Shown here: positions 16,543 through 24,000 of the stretch, in pieces
How positions within the stretch are numbered: position 1 is the stretch's first letter
Layout of the letters: each line of letters opens with the position of its first letter
Made by a program: the position numbers and the translations under genes
From: Vineibacter terrae
GTDB lineage: Bacteria > Pseudomonadota > Alphaproteobacteria > Reyranellales > Reyranellaceae
DNA: 24,000 bases
NCBI RefSeq assembly: GCF_008039615.1
Contig: NZ_VDUZ01000001.1
Span: 156,834-180,833 of the forward strand
Direction: 5' to 3'
The notes under the pieces: model-generated
What the model was told of the DNA's origin: nothing
Database searches by the model: none
Seen by the model: only the letters and a program-made list of their open reading frames with translations

Positions 16543-17832
16543 GTGCGTCGATTCTCCCTGCCCCGCATGCTCGCCGTTATCCTTGCCGTCGCCGGCGCCA
16601 CGTCCGCCGTCGTGCCGCCGGCAGCGGCGCAGGGCAATTGCGTCGCCGCCATGGTCAACGACCTGCCAATCACCGCCTTCGAGCTCAGCCAGCGGGTGCG
16701 CTTCACGCTGATGGTGAGCCGTGTCGCCGACAATGCCGACAACCGCGACAAGATGGGGCGCCAGGTGCTGCGCCAGATGATCGACGAGCGCCTGCAGCTG
16801 GGTGACGCCAGGCGCAACGGCGTCACCGTGAGCGACGAGGAGATAAACGAGCGCATCCAGCGGCTGGAGCAGGACAACAACATGCCGGCCGGCGGCGTGA
16901 AGGCATCACTGAGCCAGGCCGGCATTCCGCTCACCGTGCTGACCGACACGTTCCGCGCCCAGATCGCCTGGAGCAAGCTGGTGCTGCGCAAGCTGCGCGC
17001 CGGCATCGTCGTCAGCGAGGCCGAGGTCGAGGAGGCCATGCGCCAGCTGCGCGCCAATGTCGGCAAGTCCGAAAGCCGCGTGGCCGAGATCTTCCTGCCG
17101 GTCGACCGGGCCGACCAGTCCGACGAGGTGCTGCGCACGGCCAAGCGTATCGTCGAGCAGCTGCGCGGCGGCGCCTCGTTCCCGGGGCTGGTGCAGCAGT
17201 TCTCCAGCGGCGCCTCGGCCGCGGCCGGCGGCGACCTCGGCTGGGTGCTGCCGGGCACCCTCGACCCGTCGCTCGATGCCGCCATCGCCCGCATGTCGGT
17301 GAACCAGGTCTCGGAGCCGATCCGCACCCAGGCCGGCTGGCACGTGCTGAAGCTGCTGGGACAACGCGGCTTCGGGCGCCCGGGCAACACCAACGAGGCC
17401 CGGCTCAACATGATCCAGCTGCTGCTGCCGCTGCCGCCCAATTCCTCGCCGGACGAGGTCGAGCGCCAGAAAGGCATCGCGCAGGGCATCATCAGCCAGT
17501 CCAAGTCGTGCGCCGACCTGCGGCGCGCCTGTGCTCGCGCCAAGGGCTGCACGACCGGCGACTCCGACGGCGTCGCCGCCAGCTCCCTGCCGCAGGCGAT
17601 CGGCGAGGCCGCCCGCAATGCCCCGATCGGCCAGGGCCTGGGCCCGTTCTACGCCGGCAACGTCATGCAGGTGGTGGCGGTGTGCTCGCGCGACGGCGAC
17701 GGCAGCCTGCCGGCCCGCGAGAGTGTCGAGCGCGGCCTGCAGATGAGCAAGCTGGAGGCGGCATCGCGGCGCTACATGCGCGACATCCGCCGCACGGCCA
17801 TCATCAACATCCGCAGCAACTGCCGCATATGA
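16543..17832 (+). CDS. surA: periplasmic chaperone / peptidyl-prolyl isomerase SurA
   Basis: GTG start and the signal peptide [30 protein letters not shown]. SurA N-terminal region plus a parvulin motif (GGDLGWV). Positioned upstream of pdxA-rsmA as in the conserved operon. Confidence 0.85.
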   Translation: MRRFSLPRMLAVILAVAGATSAVVPPAAAQGNCVAAMVNDLPITAFELSQRVRFTLMVSRVADNADNRDKMGRQVLRQMIDERLQLGDARRNGVTVSDEEINERIQRLEQDNNMPAGGVKASLSQAGIPLTVLTDTFRAQIAWSKLVLRKLRAGIVVSEAEVEEAMRQLRANVGKSESRVAEIFLPVDRADQSDEVLRTAKRIVEQLRGGASFPGLVQQFSSGASAAAGGDLGWVLPGTLDPSLDAAIARMSVNQVSEPIRTQAGWHVLKLLGQRGFGRPGNTNEARLNMIQLLLPLPPNSSPDEVERQKGIAQGIISQSKSCADLRRACARAKGCTTGDSDGVAASSLPQAIGEAARNAPIGQGLGPFYAGNVMQVVAVCSRDGDGSLPARESVERGLQMSKLEAASRRYMRDIRRTAIINIRSNCRI

Positions 17833-18917
17833 GCACCGCGGCGACCCTTGCGCCGGTCGCCGTCACCATGGGCGAGCCGGCCGGCATCGGCGGCGAGCTG
17901 ACGCTCAAGGCCTGGCTGGCGCGGCGCGGCGCCCGTGACGCGTTCTTCGCCATCGATGATCCCGACCGGCTGCGGCGCCTGGCGCGCCGCCTGGCGCTGG
18001 ACGTGCCGGTGGCCGAGATCGACGCGCCCGCCGCGGCCGCCGCAGCCTTCGGCAATGCCCTGCCGGTGCTGCCGCAGAAGCTGGCGACGCCGGAACGCCC
18101 CGGCCAGCTCGATGTGCGCAACGCCCCGGCCGTCATCGCCAGCATCGAGCGCGCCGCGCGCTTCGCCGGCGACGGCAGCGCCGGCGCCATCGTCACCAAC
18201 CCGATCCAGAAGAAGACGCTGCAGGAAGCCGGCTTCCCACATCCGGGCCACACCGAGTTCCTGGCGGCGCTGGGCGGCACGGCCGGCCGGCCGGCCGAGG
18301 TGGTGATGATGCTCGCCTGCCCCGGGCTGCGCGTCGTGCCGGTGACGATCCATGTCGCGCTGCGCCGGGCGCTGGACCTGCTGAGCACGGACCTGATCGT
18401 GCGCGCCGGCCGCATCGCGGCCGATGCGCTGCGGCGCGATGTCGGCCTCGCGTCGCCGCGGCTGGCCGTCGCCGGCCTCAACCCGCATGCCGGCGAAGGC
18501 GGCACCATGGGCGAGGAGGACGCGCGCATCGTGGCGCCGGCGGTGGCGGCGCTGCGCGCCGCCGGCATCGACGCCACCGGGCCGCTGCCACCGGACACGA
18601 TGTTCCATGAAGCGGCGCGGGCCCGCTACGACCTGGCGCTGTGCATGTACCACGACCAGGCCTTGATTCCGCTGAAGACCATCGATTTCGCCGGCGGCGT
18701 CAACGTCACGCTCGGCCTGCCCTTCATCCGCACGTCGCCCGACCACGGCACGGCGCTGGACATCGCCGGCACCGGCACCGCCGACCCGGCGAGCTTCCTG
18801 GCGGCGCTGGACATGGCAGCCGACATGGCCCGCCGGCGTGCCAGTTCATCCCTCCCCCATGCACAGCATGGGGGAGGTGGCCGAAGGCCGGAGGGGGAGC
18901 CGACGTGGTCTTCGTAA
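17829..18917 (+). CDS. pdxA: 4-hydroxythreonine-4-phosphate dehydrogenase, with a repeat-encoded C-terminal tail
   Basis: In-frame part of ORF 17508..18917, from ATG 17829 (ATGA overlap with the surA stop). HPGHTEFLA motif present. The last ~22 codons and the TAA stop (18915-18917) lie inside family-A repeat copy 2. Confidence 0.9.
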   Translation: MSTAATLAPVAVTMGEPAGIGGELTLKAWLARRGARDAFFAIDDPDRLRRLARRLALDVPVAEIDAPAAAAAAFGNALPVLPQKLATPERPGQLDVRNAPAVIASIERAARFAGDGSAGAIVTNPIQKKTLQEAGFPHPGHTEFLAALGGTAGRPAEVVMMLACPGLRVVPVTIHVALRRALDLLSTDLIVRAGRIAADALRRDVGLASPRLAVAGLNPHAGEGGTMGEEDARIVAPAVAALRAAGIDATGPLPPDTMFHEAARARYDLALCMYHDQALIPLKTIDFAGGVNVTLGLPFIRTSPDHGTALDIAGTGTADPASFLAALDMAADMARRRASSSLPHAQHGGGGRRPEGEPTWSS

Positions 18918-18978
18918 CCAAGACCACGTCGGCTCCCCTCCGCCCCTTCGGGGCACCTCCCCAGCAAAGCTGGGGAGG
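18851..18978. repeat. Family-A palindromic intergenic element, copy 2 (~128 nt)
   Basis: Same core and same plus-strand orientation as 1534-1658. Terminal hairpins are CCTCCCCCATGC-aca-GCATGGGGGAGG (12 bp) and CCTCCCCAGC-aaa-GCTGGGGAGG (10 bp). Confidence 0.9.
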
Positions 18979-18986
18979 AATGTTTC

Positions 18987-19844
18987 ATGCCGTCCGCTGA
19001 CCCCCTCCCGCCGCTGCGCGAGGTGATCGCGCGTCATGGACTGGCGGCGCGCAAGTCGCTGGGCCAGCATTTCCTGCTCGATCTCAATCTCACCGACCGC
19101 ATCGCGCGCGCCGCCGGCGACCTGTCGGACGGCACCACCATCGAGGTCGGGCCTGGTCCCGGCGGCCTCACGCGATCGCTGATCCGCCAGGGCGCCGCGC
19201 GCCTGGTGTGCATCGAGCGCGATGCGCGCGCCGTGGCCGCGATCGGCGAGCTGGCGGCCGCCTTCCCCGGCCGCATCGAGGTGATCGCGGCCGACGCGCT
19301 CACCATCGACATGGCGGCGCTCGGCCCGGCGCCACGCCGCATCGTCGCCAACCTGCCCTACAACATCTCGACCGCGCTGCTGACGCGCTGGCTGCATGCC
19401 GCGCCGGCGCTCGAATCGATGACCCTGATGTTCCAGAAGGAGGTCGTCGACCGCCTGATCGCGCCGCCGCGCACCAAGGACTACGGCCGGCTGTCGGTGC
19501 TGACCCAGGTCGTGTGCGCCGTCACGCGGCTGTTCGACATCGCGCCGAGCGCGTTCGTGCCACCGCCGCGGGTCGTGTCGACCGTGGCGCGCCTGGTGCC
19601 GCATGCGCCGGCAGCCGCCCCTGCTGTGGACCTTCACGCGCTGGAAGCCGTGACGGCGGCCGCCTTCGGCCAGCGCCGCAAGATGCTGCGCACCAGCCTG
19701 CGCGCCGCCTTCCTCGCCCCCGAAGCCGCGCTCACAGCCTGCGGCATCCCGCCAACGGCCCGGGCGGAAGACCTCGAGCCGTCGCAATTCGTTGCGCTGG
19801 CGAGCCACAAGAGGCTGCAATCAAACGTTCTTCCTGAAAAATGA
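18987..19844 (+). CDS. rsmA: 16S rRNA (adenine1518/1519-N6)-dimethyltransferase
   Basis: Motifs GQHFLLD, EVGPGPGGLT (SAM binding) and NLPYNIST. It follows pdxA as in the conserved operon. Confidence 0.92.
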   Translation: MPSADPLPPLREVIARHGLAARKSLGQHFLLDLNLTDRIARAAGDLSDGTTIEVGPGPGGLTRSLIRQGAARLVCIERDARAVAAIGELAAAFPGRIEVIAADALTIDMAALGPAPRRIVANLPYNISTALLTRWLHAAPALESMTLMFQKEVVDRLIAPPRTKDYGRLSVLTQVVCAVTRLFDIAPSAFVPPPRVVSTVARLVPHAPAAAPAVDLHALEAVTAAAFGQRRKMLRTSLRAAFLAPEAALTACGIPPTARAEDLEPSQFVALASHKRLQSNVLPEK

Positions 19845-19860
19845 CGATACCGTCATTTTC
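19836..19860 (+). terminator. AT-rich hairpin overlapping the rsmA stop (weak intrinsic terminator candidate)
   Basis: GAAAAATGACG-atac-CGTCATTTTC gives a ~10-bp stem with one extra A and a 4-nt loop. The 3' arm runs into TTTTC. The stem is AT-rich, so it is weak. Confidence 0.4.
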
Positions 19861-19866
19861 ATCTTG

Positions 19867-19891
19867 AGTTATGAGTAATCACTCATTAACT
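19867..19891. promoter_or_regulatory. Imperfect inverted repeat AGTTATGAGT-aatc-ACTCAT(T)AACT in an AT-rich gap upstream of the acyltransferase gene
   Basis: 10-bp arms with one bulged T (hand-checked). It overlaps a weak TTGAGT (19864-19869) / TAACTG promoter-like pair. It could be an operator. Confidence 0.3.
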
Positions 19892-19965
19892 GAAGGCATG
19901 TAGGCTCGACGCGGCAAGCGGTCCCCCGCACAGTGCGTCCGGGCATCTCCAGCCGAAGGACCGCC

Positions 19966-20781
19966 ATGGCCCGCCTCCGCTCACTGGCCTTCAACCTGTT
20001 CTACTGGACCAGCACGGCGCTGGTGGTTCTGGGGGCGCTGCTGGTCGTGCCGATCCCCTCGCCGCGGCCGCTGCGCTGGCTGCTGCACAACTGGGCGCGG
20101 CTCACGGTGTGGGCGATGCGGGCGATCGGCGGCATGAGCGTCGAGGTGCGCGGCCGCGAGCATATGCCCGTGGAGGGGCCGGCGCTGATCGCCAGCAAGC
20201 ACCAGAGCGAGTGCGACGGCACGGTCATGGCGTCGCTGATCCCGGGCATCGCCTTCGTGGCCATGAAGGAGCTGTTCTCCTGGCCCCTGATCGGCACCAT
20301 CCTCTACCGCCTCGACATGATCCGTGTCGACACCTGCGGCGGCGAGCGCGAGCGGCGCAATCTCGCGGCCTTCGCGCGCCGCGCCGTCGAGGCCAGGCGC
20401 GTGCTCACGATCTACCCCGAGGGGCATCTCATGCCGATCGGCGAGAAGGAGCGCTATCGCACCGGCATCTACTACATGTCACGCGATCTTGCGCTGCCGG
20501 TGACGCCGGTCGCCACCTGCGTCGGCAGGCTGTGGGAACGATGGCAGTTCTGGAAGACGCCGGGCAAGGCCGCCGTCGAGTTCCTGCCGCCGATCCCGCC
20601 GTCGGACGACAAGGACGCCTTCATGCGCACGCTGGAGGATCGCATCGAGGAGGCCACCGCACGCTTGGTGGCCGAGTTCAGCGGCCAGCCCTGCAGCCTC
20701 GCCCGCTACGCGCCGCGCTCCGAGCCCAACACCGACCGCACCGCCGCCCTGGCGCCCAGCGCCGCCGACCCGGCGGGGTGA
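19966..20781 (+). CDS. lysophospholipid (1-acyl-sn-glycerol-3-phosphate) acyltransferase family protein
   Basis: ORF track 19933..20781 (GTG) trimmed to ATG 19966, with GAAGGA upstream. H-x4-D catalytic motif (HQSECD) and YPEGH motif. N-terminal membrane anchor. Confidence 0.8.
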   Translation: MARLRSLAFNLFYWTSTALVVLGALLVVPIPSPRPLRWLLHNWARLTVWAMRAIGGMSVEVRGREHMPVEGPALIASKHQSECDGTVMASLIPGIAFVAMKELFSWPLIGTILYRLDMIRVDTCGGERERRNLAAFARRAVEARRVLTIYPEGHLMPIGEKERYRTGIYYMSRDLALPVTPVATCVGRLWERWQFWKTPGKAAVEFLPPIPPSDDKDAFMRTLEDRIEEATARLVAEFSGQPCSLARYAPRSEPNTDRTAALAPSAADPAG

Positions 20782-20785
20782 TCAG

Positions 20786-20884
20786 TCCCTCCCCCACGTA
20801 GTCCGTCATCCCGAGCGCCCCTTCGACAGGCTCAGGAGATCCCTGTCGAAGGGGCGCTCGGGATGACGGACTACGTGGGGAGGA
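20786..20884. repeat. Family-B-related giant hairpin (39-bp perfect stem) between convergent genes; candidate bidirectional terminator
   Basis: 20792-20830 is the exact reverse complement of 20842-20880, with the 11-nt loop CTCAGGAGATC. The inner part carries GTCATCCCGAGCG / CGCTCGGGATGAC (family B). The outer part is CCTCCCC...GGGGAGG (family-A terminal hairpin arms). Confidence 0.9.
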
Positions 20885-21496
20885 TCACGAATAGATCCAT
20901 GGCCGAAGCGCGCGGTCGCGGGCCTGGAAGGCGGCGATCTCGGGCTCGCGCTGCAGCGTGACGCCGATCTCGTCGAGGCCCTCGAGCAGCGCCTCGCGGC
21001 GTCCGGGGTCGACCTCGAAGCCGATGGCGCGATTGGCGAGCCGCAGCTGCTGGCGCTCGAGATCGACGGTCAGCGGCTGGGCCTGCGGATCCTGGCGCAC
21101 GGTGTCGGCCAGCGACTCGATCGTGGCGGCGTCCAGCACGATCGGCAGCACGCCGTTCTGGAAGCAGTTGTTGAAGAAGATATCGCCGAAGCTGGGCGCG
21201 ATCACGCAGCGTATGCCGACGCACATCAGCGCCCAGACCGCGCCCTCGCGCGAGCTGCCGCAGCCGAAATTGCGGCCCGCCAGCAGGATGCGCGCGCCCT
21301 TGCTCGCCGGGTCGTTGAGGAAGAAGGCCGGATCGTCGCTGCCGTCCTCGCGGTAGCGCAGCGCCTCGAAGCAGTACGGCGCCAGCTCCTTGCGGCCCAG
21401 CGTGATCAGCCGCTCGATGCGCACGATGATGTCGGTGTCGATGTTCTGGCGCAGCAGGACGGCCGCCGGCGCCGTGAGCGTGGTGAACTTTTCCAT
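20885..21496 (-). CDS. aconitase-family dehydratase small subunit (LeuD-like)
   Basis: ORF track 20885..21712 trimmed to ATG 21496 (MEKFTTLTAPAAVLLRQNIDTDIIV...), 1 nt after the large-subunit stop. GRNFGCGSSREGAVWAL motif present. Confidence 0.85.
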   Translation of the reverse strand: MEKFTTLTAPAAVLLRQNIDTDIIVRIERLITLGRKELAPYCFEALRYREDGSDDPAFFLNDPASKGARILLAGRNFGCGSSREGAVWALMCVGIRCVIAPSFGDIFFNNCFQNGVLPIVLDAATIESLADTVRQDPQAQPLTVDLERQQLRLANRAIGFEVDPGRREALLEGLDEIGVTLQREPEIAAFQARDRALRPWIYS

Positions 21497-21497
21497 G

Positions 21498-22904
21498 TCA
21501 GGCCCCCAGCTTGCGCACGTCGGCGATGGCGCCGGTGACGGCGGCCGCGACCGCCATCGCCGGGCTGGCGAGATGGGTGCGCGCCAGCGGCCCCTGGCGG
21601 CCCACGAAATTGCGGTTGGAGGTCGAGACCGACCGCGCCTTGGGCGGCACCTGCTCGCCGTTGGCGGCGACGCACATCGAGCAGCCGGGCTGGCGCCATT
21701 CGAAGCCGGCATCGCGGAACACCGTGTGCAGCCCTTCCCGCTCGGCCTCGCGGCGCACGATCTCCGATCCTGGCACCACCCAGGCGTTCACGCCGGCCGC
21801 GACCTTGCGCCCCCTGGCGACGGCGGCGGCGGCGCGCAGGTCCGACAGGCGCGAGTTGGTGCACGAGCCGATGAACACCCAGTCGACCTTGGTGCCCTCG
21901 ATCGCCTCGCCCGGCTGCAGGCCCATGTAGTCCAGCGCCGCCGCCATCGCCTTGCGGCGGTCGGGATCGGCGGCCTTGTCGGGGTCGGGGATCCGGTCGC
22001 CGATCGCGATCACGTCCTGCGGGCTGGTGCCCCAGGTGATCTGCGGCGCCACCGCGGCGACATCGATCTCGTGCTCGACGTCGAAGGTCGCGTCGGCATC
22101 GCCGGGCAGGGTGCGCCAGAAGGCGACGGCGCGGTCCCACTGCGCATCGCGCGGCGCGAACGGCCGGCCCTGCAGATAGGCGTAGGTCGTGTCGTCGGGC
22201 GCGATCAGCCCCATCTTGGCGCCCAGCTCGATCGACAGGTTGCAGATGGTGAGGCGGCCCTCCAGCGGCAGCGCCCGGATCGCCGAGCCGGCATATTCCA
22301 CCGCGAAGCCGGTGCCGGCGGCGGCGCCGATGCAGCCGATCAGGAACAGGATCAGGTCCTTGGGCGTGACGCCGGGCTGCGGCGCGCCCTCGAAGCGCAC
22401 GCGCATGCGCCTGGGCTTGCGCTGCACCAGGGTCTGCGTCGCCAGCACGTGCGTGAGCTCCGAGGAGCCGATGCCGAACGCCAGCGCCCCCAGGCCGCCA
22501 TGCGTGCAGGTGTGGGAGTCGCCGCACACGATCGTCGCGCCCGGCAGGCTGATGCCCATCTCCGGCCCCACGACATGCACGATGCCCTGGCCTTCCTGGC
22601 CGAGGTCGAACAGCCGGATGCCGGTGCGCGCCGCCTGCTGGCGCAGCTCGCGCAGGAACTTGCCGCCGATGGGATTGGTGTCCTCGGTGCGGTCGGGCGC
22701 GCTCGACACGGCATGATCGGGCGTGGCGAACACCAGCTCGGGGTTGCGCACGCGGTAGCCCTTGGCCTCGATATCGGCCAGCCCGCGCGGCCCGCCGAGG
22801 TCATGCATGATGTGCCGATCGATATGCAGCAGCGCCGTGCCGTTGCCCAGGTCGGCCACGACATGCTGCGCCCAGATCTTGTCGAACAGCGTTTGCCCGC
22901 CCAT
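21498..22904 (-). CDS. aconitase-family dehydratase large subunit (LeuC-like paralog)
   Basis: ORF track 21498..23006 trimmed to ATG 22904, with GAGGAAG upstream. Fe-S ligand motifs VCGDSHT, GSCTNSR and PGCSMC are present. HDLGGPRGL replaces the canonical LeuC HEVTSPQAF. Confidence 0.85.
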   Translation of the reverse strand: MGGQTLFDKIWAQHVVADLGNGTALLHIDRHIMHDLGGPRGLADIEAKGYRVRNPELVFATPDHAVSSAPDRTEDTNPIGGKFLRELRQQAARTGIRLFDLGQEGQGIVHVVGPEMGISLPGATIVCGDSHTCTHGGLGALAFGIGSSELTHVLATQTLVQRKPRRMRVRFEGAPQPGVTPKDLILFLIGCIGAAAGTGFAVEYAGSAIRALPLEGRLTICNLSIELGAKMGLIAPDDTTYAYLQGRPFAPRDAQWDRAVAFWRTLPGDADATFDVEHEIDVAAVAPQITWGTSPQDVIAIGDRIPDPDKAADPDRRKAMAAALDYMGLQPGEAIEGTKVDWVFIGSCTNSRLSDLRAAAAVARGRKVAAGVNAWVVPGSEIVRREAEREGLHTVFRDAGFEWRQPGCSMCVAANGEQVPPKARSVSTSNRNFVGRQGPLARTHLASPAMAVAAAVTGAIADVRKLGA

Positions 22905-22928
22905 CGCTTCCTCGTTCAATGTCGTCGC

Positions 22929-23026
22929 GCCGGGAGCGCGCCACTCCAGTGGCGCCCCGGCGCGCAGCGCCGGATCGTGGGTTGGCCCTTCGGGCCAATG
23001 CGCCACTGGAGTGGCGCGCTCCCGGC
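22929..23026. repeat. 98-nt palindromic element (27-bp perfect outer stem, two inner hairpins) in the lyase/dehydratase intercistronic gap
   Basis: GCCGGGAGCGCGCCACTCCAGTGGCGC (22929-22955) is the exact reverse complement of 23000-23026. The loop holds CCGGCGC-gca-GCGCCGG and TTGGCCC-ttc-GGGCCAA. Confidence 0.85.
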
Positions 23027-23031
23027 AGTCC

Positions 23032-23934
23032 CTACTCCGCCGCCTTCGCGGCCGGCAGCTGCCACTGCTTCTCGAACGACCAGATGTCGGGGAAGCCCAT
23101 CAGCTCGTGCAGGTTCTGGCCCGACACCCTGGTCTCGTACAGCGGCACCTCGATGCCGATGCTGGAGCCGGCCTCCTTGAGGTGCAGGAAGGTCCGCCGC
23201 GCCGCCTCGGCCACCGCGCCCAGCGCCAGGCCGGGATAGATCGCGATCGAGAAGCCCATGGCCTTCAGCTTGTCGGCCGGCACGACCGGCGTGCGGCCGA
23301 ACTGCACCATGTTGGCCAGCAGCGGCTTGTCGATCGCCTTGCCGATGCGCGCCAGCTCGTCCTCGCTTTCCGGCGACTCCACGAAGATCACGTCGGCGCC
23401 GGCGGCGGCATAGGCCTCGGCGCGACGCAGCGCCTCGTCCAGGCCCAGCGTGGTGCGCGCATCGGTGCGGGCGATGATCAGCGTGTCGTCGCTGTCGCGG
23501 CTGTCGATCGCGACCTTGATCTTCAGCACCATCTCCTCGGCCGCGATCACGCGCCGGCCGGGCGTGTGGCCGCATTTCTTGGGCATCTCCTGATCCTCGA
23601 TCTGGATGCCCTGGGCGCCGGCGCGCTCGTAGCCGCGCACGGTGTGGCGCACGTTCACCAGGCCGCCATAGCCGGTGTCGGCATCGGCGATCAGCGGCGT
23701 GCTGGTGCCCTCGCAGATCGTGCGCACGCGGCCGACCATGTCGGTGTAGGTCGCGAGCCCGGCATCGGGCAGGCCCAGATGCGAGGCCGTGACGCCGTAG
23801 CCGGTCATGTACAGGGCGGGAAAGCCCATCGCGTCGGCGATCCGCGCCGTGATCATGTCGAAGATGCCCGGCGCCAGCACGAACTGGCCTGACGACAGAG
23901 TGCTGCGCAGCGAGGCGAGTTTGGGTTTCGCCAT
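23032..23934 (-). CDS. isocitrate lyase / PEP mutase superfamily C-C lyase (methylisocitrate-lyase / dimethylmalate-lyase-like)
   Basis: ORF track 23032..23991 trimmed to ATG 23934 (MAKPKLASLRSTL...), with GAGGAT upstream. Motifs are ADADTGYGG and EDQEMPKKCGH. K-[KR]-C-G-H is the lyase-type signature with the catalytic Cys. Confidence 0.85.
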   Translation of the reverse strand: MAKPKLASLRSTLSSGQFVLAPGIFDMITARIADAMGFPALYMTGYGVTASHLGLPDAGLATYTDMVGRVRTICEGTSTPLIADADTGYGGLVNVRHTVRGYERAGAQGIQIEDQEMPKKCGHTPGRRVIAAEEMVLKIKVAIDSRDSDDTLIIARTDARTTLGLDEALRRAEAYAAAGADVIFVESPESEDELARIGKAIDKPLLANMVQFGRTPVVPADKLKAMGFSIAIYPGLALGAVAEAARRTFLHLKEAGSSIGIEVPLYETRVSGQNLHELMGFPDIWSFEKQWQLPAAKAAE

Positions 23935-24000
23935 GACAATTATCCTCGTCGACCAGCAATTGTTGTACAGGTCATCATAAGATGATAACAATATGACTTG

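Noticed and set aside
17829-18917. PdxA C-terminal extension as a genuine extra domain
   Set aside because: The extra ~22 residues coincide exactly with the family-A repeat and are low-complexity. They are better explained as read-through into an inserted element than as a functional domain.
23935-24000. AT-rich leader upstream of the lyase operon with short inverted repeats (TCATC-ataa-GATGA at 23972-23985; ATTGTT/AACAAT; CAATTG; TGTACA)
   Set aside because: The stems are only 5-6 bp and asymmetrically spaced, and the window ends at 24000, so the promoter or regulator context is cut off. This is not enough to call an operator.

Overview
High-GC chromosomal segment, well above 65% GC by eye, with alphaproteobacterial core-gene synteny (holC-pepA divergent from surA-pdxA-rsmA). 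I call 24 protein-coding genes. (a) 1-8652 is a split peptide-uptake locus. On the minus strand: marR-family regulator -> family-5 substrate-binding protein -> isoaspartyl peptidase -> PanE-like reductase. Divergent on the plus strand: creatininase-family hydrolase -> two permeases -> two ATPases. (b) An MFS transporter preceded by two tandem paralogous small secreted proteins. (c) A cyclase-family protein, a small membrane protein and a TerC/YjbE-family protein. (d) holC-pepA, surA-pdxA-rsmA and a PlsC-like acyltransferase. (e) An operon of an isocitrate-lyase/PEP-mutase-family lyase plus a LeuC/LeuD-like dehydratase. I saw no rRNA, tRNA, transposase, integrase, CRISPR or phage genes, so the coding content looks like ordinary core or metabolic chromosome. 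The unusual part is non-coding. Almost every non-promoter intergenic gap holds a long GC-rich palindromic element, from at least four families that recur within the window. One convergent gap (13543-14305) holds five head-to-tail copies of a ~155-nt module with four hairpins. Two elements sit directly against start codons with Shine-Dalgarno sequence in or beside a terminal hairpin, and one supplies the C-terminal tail and stop codon of pdxA. All coordinates, stem lengths and alignments were counted by hand from the sequence. No database search or folding computation was possible.
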